This document shows, piece after piece, positions 8,601 to 18,100 of a stretch of DNA of 32,000 nt. The DNA lies in assembly GCF_003324675.1 (NCBI RefSeq), contig NZ_CP030918.1, positions 2,970,001-3,002,000 of the forward strand, given 5' to 3'. The notes beneath the pieces were generated by a model. That model worked only from the letters and a program-made list of their open reading frames with translations, did no database searches and was not told the origin of the DNA. The number at the start of each line of letters is the position of its first letter. The first letter of the stretch is position 1. Source of the stretch: Paracoccus suum (GTDB lineage Bacteria > Pseudomonadota > Alphaproteobacteria > Rhodobacterales > Rhodobacteraceae). The position numbers and the translations under genes are program-made.

Positions 8601-11233
8601 ACCCGGCGCAGGTGATAACCCATGGCGACGTCGTTGCTGCCCGGCAGCAGGCCCATGGCCAGGTGGATCAGCGGCAGGGCGGCAATCAGCGCGACCAGCC
8701 CCAGCTGCCACAGCCCCGCCGCGGCGGGCGGCAGGGCCAGCCAGCCGGCGACCGAGGCAACGAGCCAGCCGGGCGCCGTCAGGCTGCGGCGTAGGTTGTC
8801 GAGCATCTTGAACCGGGCGGTCCCGTTCAGCCCATTGCCGCGGCGCACGATGAACGGCAGCAGCTGCCAGTCGCCGCGGGTCCAGCGGTGCTGGCGGCTA
8901 CGCTCGACCTGGTAGCGGATGGGGAATTCCTCGACCATCTCGACGTCGCTGACGAGGGCGGCGCGCGCGAGGCTGCCTTCGATCAGGTCGTGGCTGAGGA
9001 CGGTGTTTTCGGGGAAGCGCCCCTCGGTCACCGTCTCGAACATGTCGAGGTCGTAGATCCCCTTGCCTGTGAAGCTGCCCTCACCCAGCAGGTCCTGGTA
9101 AAGGTCCGAGACCGCAAAGACGTAGGGGTCAAGGCCGCGGCTGACCGAGAACACGCGCTGGAACACCGAGGCCTCGGCCCCCGTAGTCAGCGAGGCCGAG
9201 ATGCGCGGCTGCAGGATCGCATGACCACGCGCTACGGCCCGCCGCCCGGGGTCGATCTGCGGTCGGTTCACCGGATGGGCCAGCTTGCCCACCAGTTGCG
9301 CCACGGTCTGGCGCGGCAGGCGGGTGTCGCTGTCGAGGGTGATGACAAAACGGATGCCCTCGGGCGGCAGCGGCCCGGTCCGGATGAAGCTGGTGTCCTG
9401 CGCGCCGCGCAGCAGGCGGTTCATTTCCGACAGCTTGCCGCGCTTGCGCTCCCACCCCATCCAGCGGCCCTCGGACGGGTTCCACTGGCGGCGACGGTGC
9501 AGCAGAAAGAACCGCCGGCGACCGCCGTGATCGTAAAGGTCGGCCAGCCGCTCGATCCCATCGAAGGCGTGGTCCAGCAGCACCTGGTCGTCGGGCAGGG
9601 TCTCGGTCTGGGCATCGCGCCAGTCGGTCAGCAGCGCAAAGCTGACATCGCCCAAGGGGTTGGCGAGGTAATGCAATTCAAGCTGCTGAACCAACTCGTC
9701 GATGGTCTCGCGGCTGCCGAGGAGGCACGGGATCACCACCAGGGTGCGGTGGGTCGAGGGCACGCCGGCGCGGAAATCATAGGACGGCAGTCGGCGGGGC
9801 GAGACCAGCCTCGCGGCGATCATCGCGATCAGCCCGATTCCGGCCTCCGCCGCGGCGAAGGAAGCGCCGACCAGCATGAGGATGCCCAGCGGCCAGCCCG
9901 TGCCGGCGGGCAACAGACCGGCCATGGCGAGGACCAGCAGAAGCGCGATCAGCGCCGCCGGGCCTGCTACGCCGAGCCAACCGAGGCGCTGATAACCCCG
10001 GCGCAGGGTTTCGATCAGCGGCGGGCGGTAGCCTTGCGACTGTTGAAAGGCCAGACGGTCGCTGCCGATCAGGGCAGCGCCGACAGCCTCGGGCACCTCG
10101 GCCGCGCGCGCGACCGCAGCTTCGGCCACGGCCGTTTCCGGATGGTCGGACCGGCGGGCGATGCGCTCGATGGCGTCGCGGTAGGCGGCGCGCGTGGCTT
10201 GGTCGAGGGCACCGAAATCGGCTCCTTCGCGCAGGATCTCGTCGACCCGGCTGACTTCCTCGACCCAGTTCAGCCAGTTGATGTCGCCCATCCGGCGCAG
10301 GCTGCGGATGGCATTGCCGACGGTGACGTTGGTCGCCGACTGGCGCGCATATTCGCCCTGCACGATCTGGTCGAGCGTAACGCCCTGGGCCTTCAGTCCC
10401 TCGTGCAGCCAGCTCTCGGCACGCTCGTCGGTCTGCACGACTTCGCCGAGGCGATAGCCGAGCTGCATTGCGAAGGTAGGATTCTTCAGCAAAGGCTCGG
10501 CACGATCCAGCAGCAGCTGCCGCTCTGATCCGGTATGAGCGCGGCCCAGATCATCCGCCAGCCGATCCGCCTGCTGACGGCTCTGGCGGGCGTCGACCAC
10601 CATGTCGCTGAGCCGGCGCAGATTCTCCAGCAGCACGAAGCGCAGGAAAGCGGGCAAGGCCCAGAGTTCGGCGATGGTCAGGGTCGCAACCGACTGGAAT
10701 CCGTCGACGACCTCGTTCAGCGACGTGAGCAGAAGGTCGGAGTTGGACATGGCGACAAAACCATGCGCCAGCGCGGCAACGCGGGGGACGCGGTCGCCGC
10801 CCGCCAGCGAGATCATCGGCAGGTGGCGAAGGAAATTCGGGCCCAGGGCCTCGCGCTGCAGGCGAAACGCCTCGTCGATGACGTGCTGGTTGTCGATCAG
10901 CCACTCTGCGGCCGGAGTAATAACGTGCCCGCCGCGCGCGGCCTCGAGCGTGGAGAGGTAATTCGCGCGGATGGCGCGACGATTGTCATCGAGCCGCCGG
11001 CGCAGGTCGACCGCCATCAGGTCGGCGACATGGCGCGACGGGTCATGCGCCAGCGCCTCGCCGGCCGCGCGCAGGCCAAGGCCGGACCATTGTTCGGCAC
11101 GCAGCGGCTGGCGGGCAGGATCGTCACGCAACTCGTGATAAGCCGGCTCGGGGCGAAAGCCGGAAAGGCGCGGCGCAATTCCCCGCAACCGGGCCATCAC
11201 CTGGTCAAGGCGCGTGCGGTCGTGCTGCGTCAT
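2600..11233 (-). CDS. ndvB: Cyclic beta-1,2-glucan synthase (NdvB/ChvB/Cgs family), 2877 aa. It has an N-terminal region, a membrane-embedded GT84 glycosyltransferase, a cyclisation region and a C-terminal GH94 phosphorylase-like domain.
   Basis: Single uninterrupted ORF (track 2600..11380). The size matches the 2.8-2.9k aa of Cgs/NdvB/ChvB. Hydrophobic helices lie at about 9806-9985 (GWLGVAGPAALIALLLVLAMAGLL...GIGLIAMIAARL). The glycosyltransferase core reads VVIPCLLGS...FALLTDWRDA...WMGWERKRGKL...ITLDSDTRLP, with DSD encoded at 9334..9326, and QHRWTRGDWQ with QHRW at 8893..8882. The GH94-type C-terminus reads FRDQLQDTLAL, with RDQLQD at 3955..3938, plus HWWLPGTGAGVRT and RENGGQYTHAA. I moved the start to ATG 11233..11231 (MTQHDRTRLDQVMARL), which is preceded by GGGGGA. 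The 49-codon upstream extension is Cys/Arg-rich and looks non-coding. Confidence 0.95.
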   Translation of the reverse strand: MTQHDRTRLDQVMARLRGIAPRLSGFRPEPAYHELRDDPARQPLRAEQWSGLGLRAAGEALAHDPSRHVADLMAVDLRRRLDDNRRAIRANYLSTLEAARGGHVITPAAEWLIDNQHVIDEAFRLQREALGPNFLRHLPMISLAGGDRVPRVAALAHGFVAMSNSDLLLTSLNEVVDGFQSVATLTIAELWALPAFLRFVLLENLRRLSDMVVDARQSRQQADRLADDLGRAHTGSERQLLLDRAEPLLKNPTFAMQLGYRLGEVVQTDERAESWLHEGLKAQGVTLDQIVQGEYARQSATNVTVGNAIRSLRRMGDINWLNWVEEVSRVDEILREGADFGALDQATRAAYRDAIERIARRSDHPETAVAEAAVARAAEVPEAVGAALIGSDRLAFQQSQGYRPPLIETLRRGYQRLGWLGVAGPAALIALLLVLAMAGLLPAGTGWPLGILMLVGASFAAAEAGIGLIAMIAARLVSPRRLPSYDFRAGVPSTHRTLVVIPCLLGSRETIDELVQQLELHYLANPLGDVSFALLTDWRDAQTETLPDDQVLLDHAFDGIERLADLYDHGGRRRFFLLHRRRQWNPSEGRWMGWERKRGKLSEMNRLLRGAQDTSFIRTGPLPPEGIRFVITLDSDTRLPRQTVAQLVGKLAHPVNRPQIDPGRRAVARGHAILQPRISASLTTGAEASVFQRVFSVSRGLDPYVFAVSDLYQDLLGEGSFTGKGIYDLDMFETVTEGRFPENTVLSHDLIEGSLARAALVSDVEMVEEFPIRYQVERSRQHRWTRGDWQLLPFIVRRGNGLNGTARFKMLDNLRRSLTAPGWLVASVAGWLALPPAAAGLWQLGLVALIAALPLIHLAMGLLPGSNDVAMGYHLRRVGRDIGRFLLEMGLRFALMADTAVNMVDAILRTLYRLTVTRQHLLEWTTANDANRAASVGPAAYLRLMRGPVLLAVAVALAVLIINPSAIWVAAPFLAAWFASPWIAAWVSTTMETEDRLDIAADDAKALRAIGRQTWRYFEAFVTPEMNHLPPDNFQDDPAPLLAERTSPTNIGFYLLSVLSANDLGWIGRAEALRRIGDTLDTLERLPRHGGHFYNWYDTRTLLVLQPAYISSVDSGNLAGALIALCAGLKMWGREAEPAPVTLAGIEDSFGLFRASIAALPEEGRGGPRPMRKRLDEAVDRMASLLAEAGSGPDALAPRARGIGTSAETLVRLANELHVEARSPATAEVLAWAQALRGCCGSVLGDTAATTDQRALSRVQNALAERARLMAFQMDFRFLIDPEKHLLAVGYRPELEERDQSCYDLLASEARLTSFFAIAKGDLRREHWGHLGRPFAALGGVDAALMSWSGCMFEYLMAPLLMKERLGGILNLSNNTAVKEQIRYGDERGMPWGVSESAFNARDHNMNYQYYAFGVPTLGLKRTVVDDQVVAPYASILASQFRPGEAVRNLRRLARMGALGPYGYYDAVDFTRARLVEGARYAVVRNVMAHHHGMSIVAIANAVLDGIHRERFHDDPVVQAAELMLQEKAPREIVPVTRAEAGIGLSGGEDRYEARVQSETTDPANAPRDIALLSNGRFAASLSSTGAGQAMLGPLAMNRWLPDPSVNQGGIFLFLRDLESDAWWSASTSPRRATRGEVASTLFSDHKAEFFKMAEDIESRMEVIAASESDAEGRRITLRNRSGRERLIEVTSYGEVVLDTPANDRAHPAFSKMFVRTRIDLEAGAIFARRRPRDPKGKAWYLAHVVTGDDAAILPGIEAETDRRAFIGRGRGLGRARAFDAGMRLEGHEGFTLDPIFSLRRTVRLAPRQQVELIFWTVMGDNEESVTRAAQHYTLPRTYEHELQLAWSYSQVQLRHLDISMEDATLFRRFAALLVYPDPSLAAADADRRGSLGPQSDLWPLGISGDDPIILVRIDDESDLPILRGAIRMHRFLSARGIHCDLVILNERATSYVGDLQAQIEAMCEATTHFAMPEVHARHVFRVRRDVMSAQTAATLMAAARIVLHTRNGRLSEQIDRLAERRATAAAVASAAAAEASASGPASGTTMVPAQRRSIRRPPVVPSENNPPATGEGLEFWNGYGGFAAGGREYVVRLRHGESTPQPWINVIARDGFGFHVSAGGAGYTWAVNSRDYQVTPWSNDPVVNRLGEAIHILDRDTGKLATPFVKLSDDPDARFEACHGHGWSRFTGTTSWLRVEAVQALAEGLPAKLTRLRVTNLTTRTLRLEVSAYAELVLGQHRARTATALRVGFDPEASAILARNPFETAITGRVTGLALNRQVDGWLTSRTSWLGRGGAMMRPLAVLEWPPAQPAPGPFAAETNGDPCAALMSRLIIAPGATEEVTVVLADAPAAEISDVLSQAMAGDALPRGLEAAEEDWDGILGALQVETPDRKLDLMVNGWLPYQALGCRLRARTAFYQASGAFGFRDQLQDTLALMLQDPGLARAQLLNAGSRQFREGDFQHWWLPGTGAGVRTMIVDDPVWLAYGTATYVAATADAGILDEPLPWLEGPQLAPGEHDRFFTPDVSADTASLYDHCIAGLRLCLARTGPHGLPLFLGGDWNDGMNRVGEEGRGESGWMGWFLIAAIDSFAPIAESRGDAGCAQDLRDHRARVAEAMEASAWDGAWYRRGWYDNGAPLGSTESDECRIDSIAQSWAMISGAARPDRARQAADQALQHLFDADHKLLKLFTPAFDQTQQEPGYIKSYPPGVRENGGQYTHAAAWMVYALARAGRAAEAHRLFDAINPISHAETREDADRYRVEPYVVAADVYSAPERPGQGGWTWYTGSAGWLYRAAVEGILGITLEDGEVRVRPNLPPGWPGYRATLRRPGCPEQVIEVKAAADGTIEVTGAELARPTALSGRPAAAIPSPQVRAGE

Positions 11234-11454
11234 TCGTCCCCCTATTCCGAACAACCCGCCAGCGGACGCCCGATCTTGCTCTTGAACACAATCATAGCGG
11301 CAGCAGGGCCCTTCAGCCAGACGCAGCCGGCACGCCGCAACCAGACGGCACGCGGGCTGGCGGCTCTGTCCAAAACGCAATCATTCCAACGCACAGCGGG
11401 CTGGACACCGGGATTGCGCTGCAGTTTCGGTGCCGCGGCCGGGAGTTCGAGGCC

Positions 11455-11856
11455 TCAGCCGTTGTCCGCCGGGTTGCTCGCGGGGACATCCTGCGGAGAA
11501 GCCTCGGCCCCCCCATGTGCGAGGCGGGTGGCGATCACGGTTCGCACCCGCTCGCGCACTTCGACCGGCTCTGCCGCGAGGGCCGCCATCAGCGCCTCAA
11601 GATCGGCATGCATGACATGCACCTGATCCATCAGCGACATGACCATCCCCAGCGCATCGGGGGCGAGGCCAAAGTTCTCATCCAGGTCGCACAGCGTCTG
11701 CAGGCGGGCGACATCGACCTCGCGATAGCGGGGTCCTTGGGCGGTGAGGACCGGCTGGACGATGCGGCTTTCGACCCAAGCGACCAGCCGAGGGCGGGTG
11801 AGGGTGGTGACGATAACCAGCACCTCATCCTCGGAATATTGATGCCCCGCGGTCAT
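11455..11856 (-). CDS. cbpM: Chaperone modulatory protein CbpM (MerR-like fold)
   Basis: 133-aa ORF immediately after the DnaJ-class gene with a 4-nt ATGA overlap (11856..11853). This is the canonical cbpA-cbpM arrangement. Its pattern resembles E. coli CbpM as I recall it: LTRPRLVAWVESRIVQPV...YREVDVARLQTLCDLDENFGL...MVMSLMDQV. Confidence 0.7.
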   Translation of the reverse strand: MTAGHQYSEDEVLVIVTTLTRPRLVAWVESRIVQPVLTAQGPRYREVDVARLQTLCDLDENFGLAPDALGMVMSLMDQVHVMHADLEALMAALAAEPVEVRERVRTVIATRLAHGGAEASPQDVPASNPADNG

Positions 11857-12809
11857 GCCGCGCCCCCCTCCCGGGGGTCGTAGTCATGGTTCTTGCGCCA
11901 GCGTTCCATGAAGTCTGCCAACTCACTATCGATCACCGGGGGCGAGACGATCCGCAGCACAGCATACTGATCGCCGCGCCCGGACGCACCCTTGACCCCG
12001 CGTCCGCGCAGCCGCAGCCGCTGGCCTGAGGACGCGCCGCGCGGCACGGTCAGCTTGACCGGCCCGTCGATGGTCGGCGCCTCGACCTTGCCGCCCAGTA
12101 CCGCCTCGGGCAGGGAAATCGGCAGCGTGATCTCGATATCGTCGCCGTCGCGGGTAAAGGTTGCGTCCGGCTCGACCGTCAGGGTCAGGTAGGCATCGCC
12201 CGGGCCGCCCGAGCCGACGCCGGGGCCGCCCTTGCCGCGCAGGCGCACGGTCTGGCCGTCGCGCGCGCCCTCGGGAATGGCAACGTCCAGCGTCGCGCCG
12301 TCGGGCATGGTGATGCGGGTCGTGCCGCCGCGCGCGGCCGTCAGGAAGTCTACGGCGAGGCTGAAGCGCAGGTCCTCGCCGCGCATGTCGAACGAGCGCG
12401 CGTTGCGGGAAAAGCCCTGAAAATCCTGCGCGCCCTGCCGCCGTCCGCGCGCACGGGCACCGCCGAAGAGGTCCGAGAAGACGTCCGCGAACTCGCCCTC
12501 GCCAAAGCTCTCTGCGCCGTAACCCTGCGCATAGGGATTGTCGGCCTGCCCGGCATAGTCGCGGTAGTAGCGGCGCTGCTGCTGTTCCTGCCCCTGGGCG
12601 TCGATCTCGCCCGCGTCAAAGCGGCGGCGCTGTTCCGGGTCCTTCAGCAGATCATAAGCGGATGAGGCCGCCTTGAAGCGGTCATGCGCCTTCGGGTCAG
12701 GGTTAAGGTCCGGGTGATCGGTCTTGGCGATCTTGCGGTATGCCTTCTTGATCTCGGCGTCGCTGGCCGACTTTGTCAGCCCCAGGGCCGCATAAGGATC
12801 GTCCGCCAT
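11853..12809 (-). CDS. cbpA: Curved-DNA-binding DnaJ-class co-chaperone CbpA (J domain plus C-terminal substrate-binding domains, no zinc-finger region)
   Basis: The J domain reads DPYAALGLTKSASDAEIKKAYRKIAKTDHPDLNP, including the HPD tripeptide. A Gly/Phe-type linker follows, then DnaJ C-terminal repeats (RGEDLRFSLAVDFLTAARGGTTRI...DAYLTLTVEPDATFTRDGDDI). There is no CxxCxGxG zinc-finger block. Start is ATG 12809. Confidence 0.85.
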   Translation of the reverse strand: MADDPYAALGLTKSASDAEIKKAYRKIAKTDHPDLNPDPKAHDRFKAASSAYDLLKDPEQRRRFDAGEIDAQGQEQQQRRYYRDYAGQADNPYAQGYGAESFGEGEFADVFSDLFGGARARGRRQGAQDFQGFSRNARSFDMRGEDLRFSLAVDFLTAARGGTTRITMPDGATLDVAIPEGARDGQTVRLRGKGGPGVGSGGPGDAYLTLTVEPDATFTRDGDDIEITLPISLPEAVLGGKVEAPTIDGPVKLTVPRGASSGQRLRLRGRGVKGASGRGDQYAVLRIVSPPVIDSELADFMERWRKNHDYDPREGGAA

Positions 12810-13092
12810 CGCTGCCGCGCACTCCGTTTGCTGTCCGGGACAGGAAAAGGTGAAGGCGGCGGCGCGTCAAGGGCAAGCGGCCGGATCGTGCGACGATAGA
12901 CGATACGGGGCGGACGAAATGGGGCGCTGGGACGCGAAGCGGGCATCTCCGAGGCGGCCCTAGCCCAAACGTCCCGTGATCCCCCGACGCGACGGACCAC
13001 CCCCGGCCGCCCGGCCACGCCTTGCGAGCGGCCCCTTGGCCGGGCTATCCCTCCCCCACCCGCGGCCCGGCCGCGTCAGCGCGAGAGCCTGC

Positions 13093-14852
<1,760 letters not shown>

Positions 14853-14856
<4 letters not shown>

Positions 14857-15602
14857 CGCGCACGGTAATCGCCATCGACGGCCCGGAGGCAGGCGCCTTC
14901 CTGCAGGGGCTGGTGACCAACGACATCCACCGGGCCGAGGCGGACGGCATCGCCTATGCTGCCCTGCTGACGCCGCAGGGCAAGTATCTGGCGGATTTCT
15001 TCATCGTCGCCCGGCCGGACGGGTTCTGGCTCGACGCGGACGAGGGCCAGGCGGCGGGATTGATGCAACGCCTTTCGATGTACAAGCTGCGCTCAAACGT
15101 GACGCTGTCGCCCGCGGCGGTTTCGGTCTCGCGCGGGACCGGGGCACCCCCGGCCAGCGCCCTGCCCGACCCGCGCCATCCGGCGCTCGGATGGCGGCTT
15201 TACGGTGCGGGCGACGCCCCCGGCGATGACGGGACCGACTGGGATGCGGTGCGGGTCGCCCACGTCATCCCCGAGGCCGGGATTGAGTTGATCCCGAACG
15301 AGACCTTCATCCTCGAGGCCGGGTTCGAGCGGCTGCACGGCGTCGACTTCCGCAAGGGCTGCTACGTCGGGCAGGAGGTCACCGCGCGGATGAAACACAA
15401 GACCGAACTGCGCAAAGGCCTGATGCAGGTCGCAATTTCCGGTAGCGCGCCGGCGGGCACCCCGATCACCCGGGACTCGCGTGAGGTCGGCACGCTGTTC
15501 ACCCAGTCCGGCGGCGCCGCCATCGCGCAGATGCGCTATGACCGCATGGGGCCGGACATGATGGCGGATGACGCGGCGATCAGCGCCGTGCCGCCGGGCT
15601 GA
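14853..15602 (+). CDS. ygfZ: YgfZ/CAF17-family folate-binding protein (aminomethyltransferase-like; Fe-S cluster repair / tRNA modification associated)
   Basis: The family hallmark is KGCYVGQEVTARMKH (KGCYxGQE). The N-terminus DGPEAGAFLQGLVTNDI...YAALLTPQGKYLADFFI is typical of GcvT-like folate binders. ATG 14853 overlaps the ABC exporter stop (ATGA). Confidence 0.85.
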
Positions 15603-15666
15603 GATGATGTGTCCGCCCGTCTCGGGGGGCGACGCGCCCGCGGGGCAGGCGGGCGATCCGCTGAAC

Positions 15667-16758
15667 ATGGCCGCGGGGCCGGACGGCACGATCGTCCGAC
15701 GCATCATCCATGTCGACATGGATGCATTCTTTGCCAGCGTCGAGCAGCGCGACGATCCTGCCCTGCGCGGCAAACCGGTGGCGGTCGGCGGCTCTTCCCT
15801 GCGCGGCGTAGTCGCGGCAGCCAGCTACGAGGCCCGGCGGTTCGGCGTGCGCTCTGCCATGCCGTCGGTCAGGGCCGCGCGGCTCTGCCCCGAGCTGATT
15901 TTCGTCAAGTCCCGCTTCGAGGTCTACAAGGAGGTCAGCCGCCAGATACGCGCGATCTTCCTGGACTACACACCGCTGGTCGAGCCGCTGTCGCTGGACG
16001 AGGCCTATCTGGACGTCACCGACCATCTGCAGGGCCGCACGGCCACCGCCATCGCCCGCGAGATCCGGGCCCGCATCGTCGAGGCGACGCGGCTGACCGC
16101 CTCGGCCGGGGTCAGTTACAACAAATTCCTGGCCAAGCTCGCCTCGGATCAGCGCAAGCCGGATGGCCTCTTCGTCATCCCGCCCGAGGCGGGACCGGGC
16201 TATGTCCATTCACTGCCGGTCAGTCGCTTTCACGGCGTCGGCCCGGCCACGGCCGCGAAGATGGAGGGGCTTGGCCTGCGCACCGGCGCCGATCTGCGTG
16301 CGCATGACGAGGCCTGGCTGACGCGTCATTTCGGCAAGGCGGGGGGTCATTACTGGCGCATCTCGCGCGGTATCGACCACCGGCAGGTGCGCCCCGATCG
16401 CATCCGCAAATCGGTCGGCGCGGAAAACACCTTTGCCGCCGATATCCACCTGCTGTCCGCCGCCGCCGAGGCGCTGGGCCCGCTCGCCTCCAAGGTCTGG
16501 CGCCACTGCGCGGCAAACAATGTGCGCGGGCGCAGCGTGACGCTGAAGGCGAAATACAGCGATTTTCAGATCATCACGCGGGCGACCACCCTGCCCCGCT
16601 GGGTGGAATCCGAGGCAGAGCTGCTGTCGCTGGCCCGAGCGCATTTGCCCCAGATTCTGCCCGACCCGCGCGGCGTGCGGCTGCTGGGGGTGACACTGTC
16701 GCACCTTGAAGGCGCGCAGGGTGAGGAAGACCACCGCCAACTGGGGCTGGATATCTGA
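15667..16758 (+). CDS. dinB: DNA polymerase IV (Y-family translesion polymerase)
   Basis: IIHVDMDAFFASVEQRDDPALRGKPVAVGG...GVVAAASYEARRFGVRSAMP...SLDEAYLDVT...ASAGVSYNKFLAKLASDQRKPDG is nearly colinear with E. coli DinB motifs. The start is uncertain. ATG 15667 (MAAGPDGTIVRRIIHVDMD) gives a canonical short N-terminus. In-frame ATGs at 15604/15607 lie just after the ygfZ stop and are alternatives. Confidence 0.9.
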   Translation: MAAGPDGTIVRRIIHVDMDAFFASVEQRDDPALRGKPVAVGGSSLRGVVAAASYEARRFGVRSAMPSVRAARLCPELIFVKSRFEVYKEVSRQIRAIFLDYTPLVEPLSLDEAYLDVTDHLQGRTATAIAREIRARIVEATRLTASAGVSYNKFLAKLASDQRKPDGLFVIPPEAGPGYVHSLPVSRFHGVGPATAAKMEGLGLRTGADLRAHDEAWLTRHFGKAGGHYWRISRGIDHRQVRPDRIRKSVGAENTFAADIHLLSAAAEALGPLASKVWRHCAANNVRGRSVTLKAKYSDFQIITRATTLPRWVESEAELLSLARAHLPQILPDPRGVRLLGVTLSHLEGAQGEEDHRQLGLDI

Positions 16759-16779
16759 TCGCCCGCCGGGCGCGGCGTG

Positions 16780-18078
16780 CTATTCCGCCGCCTGCGCCAT
16801 GGGATTGTTCGGATGCGCCCGCCAATCGCGAAAACCGCCCGCGGGCAGCCCGGTCCGCTGGTCGATCTCGCCCGGGGCAAGCTCGCGCATAGTGATGCAA
16901 TCCTCGACCGGGCAGACATCGACGCAGAGGTTGCAGGCGACGCATTCGTCCTCCTTCACCGTGAAAATCCGCGTCGGCGACATGGCAATCGCCTGGTGGC
17001 TGGTATCCTCGCAGGCGATGTAGCAGCGGCCGCAATGGATGCAGGCGTCCTGGTCGATGACCGCCTTGGTAACGTAATCGAGGTTCAGATACTGCCAGTC
17101 GGTAACATTCGGAACGGCACGGCCGATCAGATCGGTCAGGCCGATCTGCTTGCCGTCCAGATAATCCCGCAGGCCAGAGATCATGTCCTGCACCACCTTG
17201 AAGCCATAGGTCATGGCGGCGGTGCAGACCTGCACGTTGCCCGCCCCAAGCGCCATGAACTCGGCCGCGTCGCGCCAGGTGGTGACGCCGCCGATGCCAC
17301 TGATCGGAAAGCCGCGCGTGGCCTCGTTGCGGGCGATTTCGGCCACCATGTTCAGGGCGATGGGCTTCACCGCCGGGCCGCAGTAGCCGCCGTGCGTGCC
17401 CTTGCCGTCGATGGTCGGCTCTGGCGCGAACAGGTCCAGATCGACCGAGGTGATCGAGTTGACGGTGTTGATCAGGCTGACCGCATCAGCGCCGCCACGG
17501 CGCGCGGCCTCGGCTGGTTTGCGCACGTCGGCGACGTTGGGCGTCAGCTTGACGATGCAGGGCATCCGCGAATGCTGCTTGACCCAGCGGGTCACCATCT
17601 CGATGTATTCGGGCACCTGGCCCACGGCGCTGCCCATGCCGCGCTCCGCCATGCCATGCGGGCAGCCGAAGTTCAACTCGACCCCGTCGGCGCCGGTATC
17701 CTCGATCCGGGCCAGAATGGTTTTCCATGATTCCTCGTCGCAGGGCACCATCAGGCTGATGACCAGCGCGCGGTCGGGATAGTCGCGCTTGACGCCCTTG
17801 ATCTCGTCAAGGTTCACCTGCAGCGGTCGGTCGGTGATCAGTTCGATATTGTTGAGGCCCAGCACGCGGCGGTCGGCGCCGTGGATGACGCCATAGCGCG
17901 GGCCGTTCACGTTGACGATCGGCGGGCCGTCGAGGCCGAGCGTCTTCCACACGACGCCGCCCCAGCCGGCCTGAAAGGCGCGCCGGACGTTGACTTCCTT
18001 GTCTGTCGGCGGCGCAGAGGCCAGCCAGAACGGGTTGGGCGAACGGATGCCGATGAAATCGCTGCGCAGGTCGGCCAT
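16780..18078 (-). CDS. preA: NAD-dependent dihydropyrimidine dehydrogenase, PreA subunit (DHODH-like FMN domain plus C-terminal 2x[4Fe-4S] ferredoxin domain)
   Basis: The N-terminus FIGIRSPNPFWLASAPPT...GWGGVVWKTLG matches the YeiA/PreA pattern. The C-terminus has CIHCGRCYIACED and CVACNLCVDVCP ferredoxin motifs. ATG 18078 has GAGG 7 nt upstream. Confidence 0.9.
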   Translation of the reverse strand: MADLRSDFIGIRSPNPFWLASAPPTDKEVNVRRAFQAGWGGVVWKTLGLDGPPIVNVNGPRYGVIHGADRRVLGLNNIELITDRPLQVNLDEIKGVKRDYPDRALVISLMVPCDEESWKTILARIEDTGADGVELNFGCPHGMAERGMGSAVGQVPEYIEMVTRWVKQHSRMPCIVKLTPNVADVRKPAEAARRGGADAVSLINTVNSITSVDLDLFAPEPTIDGKGTHGGYCGPAVKPIALNMVAEIARNEATRGFPISGIGGVTTWRDAAEFMALGAGNVQVCTAAMTYGFKVVQDMISGLRDYLDGKQIGLTDLIGRAVPNVTDWQYLNLDYVTKAVIDQDACIHCGRCYIACEDTSHQAIAMSPTRIFTVKEDECVACNLCVDVCPVEDCITMRELAPGEIDQRTGLPAGGFRDWRAHPNNPMAQAAE

Positions 18079-18100
18079 GATGAACCTCGGCGGCTAGGGG

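Noticed and set aside
2618-10528. Very long plus-strand ORFs antisense to the glucan synthase gene: 2618..5146 (842 aa), 5219..6010, 6113..7921 (602 aa), 7958..8794 and 8888..10528 (546 aa).
   Set aside because: Their translations are low-complexity Arg/Gly/Ala/Pro-rich with no motifs. Long antisense ORFs are expected opposite a gene of about 70% GC because stop codons are rare. The minus-strand product matches a well-known family along its whole length.
11234-11380. 49-codon upstream extension of the synthase ORF (MRFGQSRQPACRLVAACRL...).
   Set aside because: It is Cys/Arg-rich and implausible as protein. ATG 11233 has a G-rich RBS-like run just upstream and gives a length typical of the family. 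The true start still needs experimental confirmation.
16759-16779. GC-rich mini-palindrome CGCCCGCCGGGCG in the 21-nt gap between the convergent dinB and preA genes, as a possible bidirectional terminator.
   Set aside because: The arms leave a 1-nt loop, so the real stem would be only 4-5 bp. There is no flanking T or A tract. This is not enough to call a terminator.
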